A stretch of DNA of 63,078 bases, filler included, from Ionaspis alba (taxonomy: Eukaryota): assembly GCA_964255285.1 (NCBI GenBank). It is 6 parts of 6 records of this genome, joined end to end, with 100 filler letters (N's around TTAATTAATTAA, not from the genome) between each part and the next. Parts side by side here need not be neighbours in the genome. Positions count along the whole stretch, not along the records: positions 10,617 to 21,084 come from CAXUUL010000604.1; positions 21,185 to 31,609 come from CAXUUL010000605.1; 4 more parts are not named here. One strand, written 5' to 3'. The translations under genes were made by a program, and so were the position numbers. How positions within the stretch are numbered: the first letter of the stretch is position 1; each line of letters begins with the position of its first letter. Below, piece after piece: positions 12,789 to 24,767 of this stretch. Below the pieces are notes generated by a model. The model had not been told where the DNA came from and did not search any database. It saw nothing but the letters and a program-made list of their open reading frames with translations.

Positions 12789-12969
12789 CTAGTCTCGGGT
12801 ATCACCAATGTGAACTTATCACCAATATGGTGCCGCTAATTTTTGCTAATAAAATAATAGTGCCAAGGTTCTAGCGTGGCCATTTTATTCTTAGCACGGT
12901 CATTTTATTAGCAAAAGATTAACGGCACCATATTGGTGATAAGTTCACATTGGTGATACCCGAGACTAG
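12789..12969. mobile_element. MITE-like palindromic element (long terminal inverted repeats)
   Basis: Left CTAGTCTCGGGTATCACCAATGTGAACTTATCACCAATATGGTGCCG is the exact reverse complement of the right end, and imperfect pairing continues to ~70 bp. TA (within CTAG) flanks both ends; each arm has two TATCACCAAT sub-repeats; no coding capacity. Confidence 0.85.
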
Positions 12970-13596
12970 TGTGTGCTTTGGATCTGGATCCTGGGTGTTA
13001 TTTAGCACAGGGAAAATCTATTCGTGTACAGTAATTGCGGTGTTGATTGCCCTCGAGACTTTGGGGGCCAAGAGCAAAGGCAGGGGTTGGCCTGGCCGGA
13101 GAAGACAGCCATTTCGGGTGAATATCGACTACGTTTAGAGAACACCCAGATATTTTGAAGGCTTGCTAATAATGGCTACTCGCGTTCCACTCCGGCCTGC
13201 CTCTCGGGCTGGACCGACATAAGCTGCATCAACCACACTACGAGAACGACGAATATACTTAGCGATCCCTCGAAGCCAATGAGGCTTTCTTAAACAAAAC
13301 TTTGTTCATGTTCCACTCGACCACTCCGCTTGCGCCGTGCAGAAGTTCGACGTTTTCATACTCTCGGCGGCTGCCTATCGTTCCTTCCGTTGTCTCTCTT
13401 TCAGAAAGACCCTCCTGCGTATGAAGGACCAAGTCACAATCTTTCAGAAATGCACGTTTCAACTCCCTAGCCCTACTACTTAACTCGCTTCGTCCGTGGA
13501 GTTTCCGAACTTCGGCATGACCTCCCACCCTGTGTGAGTAGGCTTCTATCACCCGCTGCTGGATTCCCGAAGATGCTGCCCGCACGTTAAAGACCG

Positions 13597-16500
13597 ATGG
13601 ATTCACGCAAGCCCGCAAGGAAGACAAAGGAAAGCCTTCCACGAGATGTCGCCAAGTCCCGCTCTTCCATGTCAAGCTCTCGTAACCAAGCGAGACACGG
13701 GTCACATTCCTATAAGACTTCGGAGTCAGGGCTTTCAGACACAGAAGTACTCCATGATGACAGAGCCTTGATACTGTCTCCGCCCCAGATTCCGGAATTG
13801 AATTTTGTTGTGCTCGGAACTGGTGGAGCGGGCAAATCGACATTCGTGCGTTGTGCGCTGGACTTGAAGAAGCCAGCTGTATCTCAGGTATCGTCGAAGA
13901 AAATGTCCTTGGAGGGGACGATCTTTCTGATTAGTCTTCTGGAGATACATACGGATGATACTGAGATATTGGCTGATCGTATTCGATGGCCGGAGGTGGT
14001 TGGTAGTAAAGCTCTACCTCGGATTGACGGAGTATTGGCCCTTTATGACGTGACGAACCGCGAGAGCATAAAGCATGTCCCATTATTGTTGAGTGAGTGG
14101 GTCACGTTCATCAACAGTCTGTTCCTTCATCGCAGCGAGGGAAGCCCAAGTCTGCTGCAGTTGCCATACCCGCCAATGTTTCATACCCGATTGGATCGTT
14201 GCTGGCTTCTAACTCGGTGAGGCTTACTGTTGCGTACGCTATATAGATGCCTGCTCAAGAAATGGGCTTGCCTGTGTTGTCGTTTCGTGCAAATGCGATA
14301 GCCCTCCAAGTTTACGACAAGTCGATCCCAGTGCCATTGAACAGTCTTGTTCGAGAATCGCCGGCATTGAATGTTTTCAAACGTCTATGAAATCCTCCGA
14401 AACACAGAAGCGATGTATATCTGTCGTACTGAGAAACCGAATGTCAACAGTCACCGGTCAGTGCCCCTGATTCCACAGCCGTTTCGTTTCGAGCCCTCCT
14501 TGAACTTGTGACATGTGCCCGAGGCAATGAAAATCACCCGAGTTTTGGGTACTATAGTGCGTGATATTGGGGTTGAATTCGACCATATCGCTAAGTGCCG
14601 ATTCTGTGAACAAAGTCCCTTCTCCCGGGCCTTGCTGCCATTGGATACTATTCCTTCATTCGCCCTACTTGGTCGAGACTGAGCAAGTACTAGGGACCAT
14701 GCCACCCATGGGGGCTACGGCAAGACCCCGAGCAATGACTACTTCCCAGTCAACGAGCATGCGGACCACATCTCAGAGCTGTAACACAAAGACTAAGCAC
14801 AGTCGTGCTACCTCCGCGTTAGCAGCATCTACATCGCGAGCCGTAGATCTGAATCTTGGATCAAGTCGTGATTCAGGCTCGAACCCCCAGAGGCAGCGGA
14901 GCACTGGAGTGGGTCAACTCAAGGAAACGAGGTCAGCCCCGGAACAGACAGATCACTCCGAGTCGGAGCCTGCGTCGCCCATTCAGACTTTAGGAGATGA
15001 ACACATGAGTGATGATGATCAAGGATGTATTCAAGAAGGCAGGTCCTCCTCGGCAGGAGATTTACAGGGTGTGACTACAGAAGAAAAATGTAGTGCAAAG
15101 GTGACCACCACGACTGCTCGGACAATTGATGATGCCGTTCAAGAAGAGCAAGCTGATGGCCATGGATTCACGGAGGAGTGGCTAGGCGTAGCTGATGGAC
15201 ATTCTGCAGCTCCTCGCCGGCCTGGTGGGAATGGTGTAGCGTTCGAAGACCTTGTCAGTCGATTGCTCTCCGAGCCGATGTCCAAATCGGATTCAAAGTT
15301 CGTTGCTATTTTTCTCTGCTTGTATCGCAAATTCGCCGCACCTGCAGAGTTGTTATCCACGATGATTCGGCGATTTGAGAGTCTCAACACTATGAACGAG
15401 CCGCAGCTCATCCGAATAAGCGCCCAGTTGAGACACTTATGTATTCTTGCACAGTGGATTGCAGAATATCCTGGTGATTTCGCTCATCCAATAACACGCA
15501 GACGGGTCACCGATTTCGTTGCTCAGATCACGAGCAATCGCATATTCGCCGTTGCTGCCATGGAGATGTCTATACAGTTGGACGAAGTTGCCGAAGATGA
15601 CGATACGGAATGGGCATGCTCGGACACTAGTCGAGGCCGTGCAAGCACTTTAGAGAGCTTCTCGAGCGTCCCCTCAATGCGAAGTGCTGTTGCCGCCATG
15701 GGTATGGATCATGAGACGAGCGAAATGGAAGGTAATGCTCCATTTTTGCATGACGCAGCAGAGTCTACGGCCAATCCAGCGCGACATTCGAAAACACCCT
15801 CCACAGCTTCGAGTACCGGTCGATCCGGAAGTCAGTCCGGAGCGTCATTTTCAGCGTTCACCGTCTCGGTCACCATAGCACAACGGGAGGCAGAGCGCCT
15901 GGCACCCATCGCGAGGATTATGATGACCAAAATACAATGGCATCAGTTCATGGATCTCGAGGACGAGGAAATCGCGCGCGAGCTGACCCGTATCGACTGG
16001 ATTATGTATTCATCAATCCGGCCAAGAGATCTCGTTCGTCATGTCAGTCTGTCGGTCGAACAGAAAGAGAAATGCAAAAGCCTGGATCATGTGAATCGCA
16101 TGGTCAACCATTTCAATCATGTCGCCTTCTGGGTTGCCAACATGATATTGTTACGTAATAAGCCAAAGCATAGGTCGAAGGCTTTGGAAAAATTCATGAG
16201 TGTTGCGTGGGTACGAGATTTCATGCTGTGAATACCGTCATGTTCTTGCCGTTGACTGATCAACTATTAGAAACTACGACAGATGAACAATTACAACTCT
16301 CTGGGGGCGGTCATTGCAGGCATCAACGGTACGGCGGTTCATCGTCTGGCACAGACGAGAGAATTGGTGCCCCAGCAAGCACAGAAGGACTTCATGAGGC
16401 TTGAGATACTCATGGGAACACAGAAGAGCCATTTTGCTTACAGGTTGGCCTGGGAGAATACCTTGTCTGAGAGGATACCGTTCTTGCCTCTTCATCGGCG

Positions 16501-16916
16501 CGATATTGTTTCCGCCGAAGAAGGAAATAAAACTTTTGTTGACGAAGCAAACAGTCTCATCAATTGGAAGAAATTTGAAATAATGGGCGAGGTCATCGTC
16601 GGATTTCAGCGTAGTCAGGGTACCCCATATCATAGCATTGCCCGGAATATCGATGTCCAACGTCTGGTATTGGATGGGAGGTTTTCGAAGGACGAAGATG
16701 TGAGATACCTTTCCCACTTTTGATTTGAGCGGTCATTGCTTCATGCTTTTGTAACACGAGAGCTGAAAACACCCTCTAATAGCACTGAATGAGAATGCTG
16801 CAAACGGATTCCCGTTGCTGATGCTTCAGCAGGAACTTTATGAGAGAAGCATCCAGCTGGAGAAACCAGGTGTTGGCGAGAACATAAGACGCAGATTCAA
16901 TTGGTTCCAGCGCTGA
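13597..16916 (+). CDS. Ras guanine-nucleotide exchange factor (REM + CDC25 domains) with N-terminal Ras-like P-loop domain
   Basis: LNFVVLGTGGAGKSTFV; IDGVLALYDVTNRES; VVVSCKCD; REM FVAIFLCLYRKFAAP; CDC25 domain EIARELTRIDW, FNHVAFWV, NNYNSLGAVIAGI, IPFLPLHRRD, INWKKF; last exon ELYERSIQLE...WFQR* (16916). Start codon uncertain. Confidence 0.88.
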
Positions 16917-17346
16917 AACCCCGAACTCGTCAAGGTTCACTTTTAGATCCGAAGGCTGCAACCAAGACGTAGTACGATCTGACCACAGCAGTCACTTGCG
17001 AGTAGCCCGTCGCTATCCTACAAGAACAATACCATCATGTTGGGCAGCCTCGGACAAGTCTAGGAAGACTCAAAAGAACCGGCGTCGGTAAGCCGCTCGC
17101 TGCGGCTCTGACGTCCCAAAGATGCCTTTCATTCGCCACGCCGAGGAAGCCAAACCCACCACTTGTCCAGTGCTGTCCGACTCACTCATCGAATATCACC
17201 GTTGCAGAGATAGCAAAAACCGATGCTAGTTGGACCAGGGTTAAATGGAGCATGGCTGATTATTTGATGTGTTTCTCAAGCCTGATGTCTCCACAGAACC
17301 GAGAAGTGCAGTGCTACCAAGTTTTGTTCATTTATATGCGCGTGAT

Positions 17347-18018
17347 TTAGTCTGCGGAATTGAACATGTCAATTCTCAAACTATCAGCTGCCTTGGGTGC
17401 TGGCGGGCGCTCGACGTCCTCAAGTTGACTTCTTCCAACCACTAGCTTCGCGAATTCTCTAAGGCCACCAGCTTCCCCTTCGTCTAAATTTCTAAGCCTA
17501 TTCATGTAGTCAATGGCATTTCTGTATCCCCTTTCCCGTGTCCATTGAATCCTATTCCGTTGGCCACACTGATAGTTCGCATAATCACGTTGTCCTTGGC
17601 TTCGAGTGGAAGAGCTTCGTTCTTGGACCTTGGCGTCTTCCTGACCATGCGACGGCTCGACCGTCAAGCTGTATATACCTTTAAGCTGACAGCGAAGTTT
17701 GGGATAGCGCCACAGTACTTGCTCGAGAGTCTTGCCAGTGGGAACAGAAGTATTGGCATTCTGAGGGGTATGCTCCGGGAAGCTTTGGCAAGGTGCTGTA
17801 CGGAAGGAGCTCTCGAACGTTGGACGACTAGTTTGGTCAGGAATAGGGACCCGCTTCGAAGACTTGTGGCCCTTGTAGCACTCAATGGAGCAGCTGATGA
17901 ATATTAGATGACAAACTCAAAAGTTTCGGGCAAGTGGCGCGAAATACTATCGGAGCCTACAAGATGGACATCTATATTTAGCAGGTTGCTCTGTACAGAC
18001 TTGGCATGGTCGGACCAT
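17347..18018 (-). CDS. zf-HIT zinc-finger protein (Hit1/Bcd1-type finger)
   Basis: Manual translation MVRPCQVCTEQPAKYRCPSCRLR / YCSIECYKGHK gives the CxxC-x7-CxxC-x4-CS-xx-CxxxH HIT finger across one intron, continuing in frame into ORF 17347..17667. Confidence 0.85.
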
Positions 18019-18302
18019 TTTCGCTACTGACTGTCTTTCGTAAGGTTATCAGTATTTTGGCGGATTGGGGACTTGAACTTCGAGTGTTGAAAAATTAAGC
18101 TTTTATATGTGGTTCGCTCTTCTGTTTGGTTGTGGAAGTTGACGTCATTTTAACGAATCGCACGTACGGAAAGTTACCTAAGGCTCTGCCTCGGCGACAT
18201 TCCACGATAGCTTAGGAACGTCAGAAGACACAAGCTTGCAAACGCTGTCCGCGTTGAAATTAATCCATAACATCGAGTGCACTCTTTGTTATGTGCTACC
18301 TG

Positions 18303-19376
18303 ATGTCTTCCATCAACCTACCGGTCCTGGTTTTCCAGACTTCAGTGAGGTCCAAACCTTACATCCAAGCACGGAGACTCGCCACTGCCGGCTCTCGACG
18401 ATTACATATCAACTCAGGGTCGCCAGTGTTTACTTCTTCGATTTTCCTACGAAGGCCTGTCGTCCCAGTCCGGGGAGGCGCTCCAACATGTTTCAAATCG
18501 GGCTGCGTTGTTGGGCGACGGACCATCTTTATCCAAACCGAAAACACGCCGAACGCTGACGTGAGGGCGATTCACCGATCAATTCATTTGCATCTTGCTG
18601 ATATCGCTTTAAAGGCACTTAAATTCAAACCGAACCATCCAATTCTGCCTCCCGGGTTACCGTCTGCTTTCCTCGAGTATCTTTCTCCGCGCTCAACCCT
18701 GGCGGCCCCGCATCCCTCACCGCTTGCGGCTCAATTACTGAATGTCGATGGAATCACATCAGTCTTCTACGGTTCGGACTTTATTACAGTGACCAAAGCA
18801 GCAGATGCAAACTGGGCGCACATCAAACCAGAGGTATTCAGCTTGATAACCGAAGCCGTGACGTCTGGCGCGCAGATCGTCAACACAATCGAGAAGGGTA
18901 CGGAGCACAACGGACAGGACGGAGGAGAAGAAGATACACTAGGCTACAAAGAGGACGACAGTGAGGTCGTGGGAATGATCAAGGAATTACTCGAAACGAG
19001 AATTCGACCAGCAATTCAGGAGGACGGGGGAGACATCGAGTTTAGAGGGTTCGAAGGTGGCAACGTTCTCTTGAAATTGCGTGGAGCCTGTCGGACCTGT
19101 GATTCGAGCACTGTCACGCTGAAGAACGGCATCGAGAGTATGCTCATGCATTACGTGAGTTGGGACTCTGTGCTTCGGCGTAGATGCAAAGTTAGCTGAT
19201 ATGTAGGAACCCATCAGATCGAGGAGGTCAAAGGAGTTACACAGGTATTGGATCAGGAGGAAGAAATTGCCATGCAGGAATTCGCCAAATTCGAGGAGAA
19301 GCTGAAACAGCAGAAAGGACCTGGAGCGGTAGCCTCGACCATCGGCAAAGGAAGTCTGGACAGGGCCGAGGCTTGA
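18303..19376 (+). CDS. NFU1: Mitochondrial Fe-S cluster scaffold Nfu1 (NifU-like)
   Basis: Presequence-like N-terminus; IFIQTENTPNAD/ALKF; RIRPAIQEDGGDIEF; CxxC in LRGACRTCDSSTVTLKNGIE; last exon IEEVKGVTQVLDQEEE...AEA*. Confidence 0.95.
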
Positions 19377-22300
19377 GACAGGAACGATCAAGCAATAATT
19401 GCATCTGATGGAGCATGATAATCAACTCAGCTCTATCGCTCATCAGACCTCCGTGTCCTTCCAGCCGCGGAAACCGACAGTGAGTCTAGCGTTTTCCAGC
19501 ATCCGCCATCATGGTCTGCCGGCAGGCGGCGACCTCCTCTCCCTGAGCGCATTCTCTTATGTACAACAAACTCTGGCCCTCGGGAGGTTCGGATGAAGCT
19601 CCTAACCATGTCTGTTGCTAATCGCTGCTCGAACAATACAAGTGAAGGTTCCCACGGGTGTGTTCATTGATACTATTCTATCACTAATTTATACGGTCAT
19701 CTCCAATTGCTGCCATGGATGATAACACGGAGAGTGCCAGGCTTATGAGAAATTGGATTAGTACAGAATGAGATGATTAGTGGCTGCTGATCGTTGTCCT
19801 TTCGCCACTGCAGAGGAATGGACTCATCAAGCCAGGTCGTTCATGATTTGCCTGGCGCAGCTCATCGGCGATTGACTTGCAAGCCGCCTGCCGATTGGCT
19901 TGGCAACAATAATGAACCGATGAGATGCGGAGTTGCAGAGTATCACGCGGTTCGCAGCGGAGTGATTGCGCGGCAAGGCAACATGATGCAGAGCAGAATC
20001 ATACATACATGTACTTACCCCAAGGCCATCGTTCAACTGGTACTGCTGTGCCCGTGAGGCGATCTTCAAAGTGTACAGTATGATTTCTATATGGGGTATG
20101 CTAAAGTAGAAATCCCAAGCACCCAGTGGCCCAAATAATGCTCGAGAAAATTTTGTTGTTATCTTCCCTACCGCAACGATGGGCAAATGCAATGGTTTCA
20201 CCAAAGCAACGCTGGGGAAAGTTGCAACAGCTCAATGCGCCACGATGGTTGCGTTAAGCGATGGGTTAGTTCTGGTAGAATTTTATCCATTCAACATGCA
20301 AAATTCCAATGTGGGCATTCAATGCTCTACTTGATCGCAGCGTTATGAGATTGGATCGAAGCTTGGCTTTATCGTATTGAGGGAGGTGCACACTATGCTT
20401 GGATGTGGGTGTTGCATGGAAGTACGAATGGTAGGATGCGTGTCGTGGATCAAGTGTGCGGAGAAGTCTTGCATGATGGGTGAAGACCGAAGCTCCGTGG
20501 AACAACCTTCAGCAAACTTTGGCATGAGAGTTGCACGATGTCACATGCAGTGGGCACCTGTACCGCAACGCCCTTGAGTAAGGGATTGCGCAAAAGATGA
20601 TCTACGGTGCTTGCTCCGCTCTTTGCTGGGTCTTAGGATATTCATTTCATCGCTGCGGGAAATGCTCAAGACGCAAGATTGACCATCCTGTCTAGCAAAA
20701 CATTGGACAGTCGGCGGCCACTGTCAATTGAGTAAGCTGCTGGCTGGAGCAAATACCCTGACGGTGAGAAAGTGGCGTAGGGAGACAGACGGTCGGGGAT
20801 GCACCGTCTCACTCTGTCCCGCCCATTCCGGTGGAAGCTATGGGAAGAGGCCTCGACAAGGAGGTGTAGAGATGTACCTGTATGGAGATTGCTTTCAGTG
20901 CCATTCATACTGTAGCTTGGTGAGGGCCGGCACCAGAGTATTGTAGCGTGGATAGTATCGAGTAACTCCCCTCTCCCCACCACCCACAATGCCCCGCTCC
21001 TTTCTCCGGCCCCGGCTGCTAGTCCATGCCACCCAGTCGGTACACATCCACCCTAGCAGAGGCTGTTCCCGCCAACCCCAGCAANNNNNNNNNNNNNNNN
21101 NNNNNNNNNNNNNNNNNNNNNNNNNNNNTTAATTAATTAANNNNNNNNNNNNNNNNNNNNNNNNNNNNNNNNNNNNNNNNNNNNTGAGGATAGGGGCATT
21201 GTGGAGTGTATTAATGTTGGGGATGGGAGGTGGCTTAAAGGGAGTGTGTTTCGGTTGGGGGAGGGGAGGAGTGAGAGGACGCTGCAGAGGATCGGGTGGG
21301 GCGCGAGCAGGGGAGTGGAGAGGGAGCCTGTTTGGTTGGCGGTTTATTTGCCTTGAGGGTGGGTTGTTTAGGTAAGGGAAGGGTGGAGGTGGGTAGCAAT
21401 GACGTGAGTCTGCTGAGTTGGGGGAGAACGGTATTTGGTTAGGTCCGAGTGGCATGGAGTGCTTTGTTCTGGGTGGAGGTGTCTCCTCTTCGAATCGGTA
21501 ATGGATGGTGAAGGGCTCCCCTTCTCTGTGAGTCGGGACTAGTTCGAGAGTGCGGGATTACTTGACGGGGATTTCGCTCACTCTCTGCATCATCAGGCAT
21601 GCATGATCAAAGCGGGCCTCTCTGAAGGGGCTATGGGATGTTTCGCTCGGTACAGATACAGGTACAGGTAGATCTTGGTTGAAGCGTTGCTTGGACACGC
21701 TATTTCCGGACTCACAAAGATAGTTGGTATAAAATACCTTTCGATCTCTAAAGAAATTATTCTCGTCATACATGCTCGATATGAAGCCTGAAGCTGAATG
21801 AATATGTACTTGTGCGTAAAGTTGACAGTGCTCTTGGATTTGCTACTTCTGGCCCCCAACTCCGGATGTGAATGATGCTTCTGACTGATATTACATCTCT
21901 ACCTGTAGCTTGATAGGGGGACGAGAGCCAGGACAGCAGGAACAGAGGTCCTAGTCTCAGATCTTAACGTGCGTCCTAGACGAGAGGTTATCATTTGGAG
22001 ATGAATTTAGATGAGTTTAGTCTGTTTTTGACTAAGTTCTTGTAGCTCTGTTTGACCTCGCAGACAGATGGTGAGATGACCGATTAAATTGACTCCTTAT
22101 CTTAACAGAAGGCGGCCAGGGCGTCTGCATCGACAGGGACGTTGGATTTAATGGTAGAAACATTCATGCGGACTCGCGGCTCTTCGATGCCGAAAGCAAA
22201 TTTGGGGGATGCAGTCGAAGGACGAATTCAGGTCTGTCTTGCAGTAACATCTCTGGTCAAGGATTCCTCAAAGGCGTTACGTAACATTAGAGAAACATCA

Positions 22301-22503
22301 GGAAAGAGTCTCGCAGAAATAAGCACAGCCAACATGACGGAATTCTGAATTCGAGTGATCTTGAAATAGAAGTCTATTGGGTATATATCCAAAACACATA
22401 GCGTGAGCTGCGTTGAATCTCAAAGGCAGTAAATGCCTTTCGTGCGACGTCGTAAAGAGTCTTACAGATACAAAGTATATGACAAAGTGTGGTTGGAGAT
22501 TCT

Positions 22504-24767
22504 TCAGGCGGTGTACTCAGGACTGTAAATCCCCTCATCGATGTCTTCGCTCGCAACGATCTGCAGAATATCCCGGGTCCGAGGGCCAGTGTATTTGCTG
22601 CGAGGTTGGTAAGCAAAGTACAAGAGTTTTGCGTGGTCGTGAGGTGGGGGAAAGGACTTACTGTCTAGCACCAATCCACCACCAAGACAGAGAGAACAGT
22701 GCAATGAACGCAGCCACGCAAACGGCGTAGTTCCTGCGAGCTTTATCAATACATCGACCTCCAAGAATTTCGAGAGAGAAAAATTCACATGTTTGCAGCA
22801 GTAACCGGCTGAGTCGGCGGGAAGAAGAGCACGACGCTGATGAAGAGGACCCAGCAGATCGCTATCGTATTGATCGGCTTGCCCCATTTGCCCAGTGTAT
22901 AAGGTCCCTCGATGAACCTGACTCGGTGCTCGTAGACGAGATGCGCGATAATGACAGCGATATAAGAGAGATCAAGGGCCGGAGCCGTGATATTGAAGAT
23001 AGCGACAACAGTTTGAGTGGATCCAATTCCGATAAGATCGAGACAGATACTGAAGATGACGACGAGCCAGACCGCATTGACAGGTGTATGGGTGTACTTG
23101 TTCACTTTGCTCCAAAAGCTGACTAGTTGTTAGCGTAATTCAATGTATCTTTCCATGTTTGTAGAGTCTCGGTACCTGGAAAAGGGCAAAGCATCATCCC
23201 GCGCGAATGCGTATGCCATCCTTGTATCTGCCAACATGGCAGAGCAACCAGTAAAAAACTGGATAAGAATGACCCAGAACCACATAATCGTCCCTCCCAT
23301 TCGTCCACCAGCATTGAGGAAGATCTGAGCGGCCGGAAGACCGGTAGGCGACGCAACGATTGCGTCGAAATCTTTCATGCAGAAACAAAACGTTATCGTG
23401 AGCATCCATCCAACGAGACCGGAAACTAGCACAGCCATTCTGATGGCTACGGGTCCCCGAATGGCTGCGTCGAGGGTTTCTTCGGACATACTTGCAGAGT
23501 GGGTTAGCTAGTTATCACTCTCCGGAGAATAAGTCCGAAGAGACTCACTGTGTCGTTCCATCGTAATCAGTCATTGTCCAAGCCACTGACAGAAACCTGC
23601 AGAAGAGATTCAGCACAGATCTAGCGGTTTCGAAGGGTGATGGACTGACCCGAGAAGGAAGGAAAATCCTTTGCTGCCCCAGCCAGAGCCATCGGTGACG
23701 TTGGTGAATACCCAAGAGGCGGTCTGCTTTTCCGGCGTAAGGACGAGTAGTGCGATACAAATACCGATCGACGCAAGGACTTGGCCAACTGTCAGCGTCT
23801 TCTCACTCCCTCGATATAAAAGAGCATCCATACTATTGATAGGCGCGAACCACAAAATGATCTTATGCAAACTCCTCGTCGTGAGCGAACAAATAACACC
23901 CATGATGCAAAGCAAAAGAATCGCCAACAAGACCGTCTGCATCGCCGACCTAACCTCACCCCACAATCAGTCAGTCAGCGCGCCCATTCCTCATTCCCAT
24001 CCTTGAAAATTAAAAACAAAACAAAGAAACATACGGTGAATAAGAATAAGAACCATCTTCCTGAAACGTCGAATTCATACTCGCACACGCCAGAATCATC
24101 TGCGAAACCGTATACGCCACACTCGACACCCCGGCCGTCTGGCCAAGGAAGTTACACCAGCCCACGATCCATGCCCAGATAGCCGCGTGCTCCGGCGGGA
24201 CCACGTGCTTCGTCACAAAGTACATACCGCCTGCGGTCGGGTATGCCGAGACCAGCTCAGCGACTGTTTTTCCCCCCTTGTCAGTTGTAGAACAAGTGGT
24301 AAGAGTGGTGCGAGAGAAATTAGAGGGCGGGATGGGGTTTTTGGGTTTTGGGGGGTTTTGCATACCGGAACTCGCTATACACATTGCCATGAAGGATCCG
24401 ATGAACCAGCACCAGACTGCTGTGGCGGGGCCGCCGGCCACGATCGGGATACCGAAGGTGGCGGGGACGGAGCCCAGGACGCCGAGGATGGAGATGGCGT
24501 AGGAGACTGTGGACCATTTTGTAAATTCTCTTCGTAGTTCCTGGAGGCATTTATCAGCATAACTTTTTTTCCCCTTGGAACGGTATGCTGGGACAACCAC
24601 ACCTGTTTGTACCCAATCTGTGCCAGCAGTCGTTCATCGTCGTCATGGATTGTCGCCATTGTTCTTGCAGTCCGGATTGGCGCGGATTTGGAATCATCAC
24701 CACTGTGGCTTTCGGCTGTTTTGGTACTGGTTGTTTGGGGAGGCGGGAGATCTGTATCTTGCTTCAT
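22504..24767 (-). CDS. Amino acid/choline transporter (ACT, GABA-permease-like, APC superfamily), multi-exon
   Basis: DDERLLAQIGYKQ / ELRREFTKWSTVSYAISILG; AELVSAYPTAGGMYF; WTMTDYDGTT/HMSEET; RMAYAFARDDALPFS; TPVNAVW; NYAVCVAAFIALFSLSWWW; KYTGPRT...*. Alternative start at ATG 24659. Confidence 0.93.

Noticed and set aside
19400..21084. Many 60-125 aa ORFs in a 1.7-kb stretch
   Set aside because: Overlapping on both strands, often non-ATG starts and no codon bias; most likely intergenic sequence.
21185..21600. Pro-rich minus-strand ORF running into a gap
   Set aside because: Low-complexity C-rich sequence at a contig end with no motif support, so a gene cannot be called.
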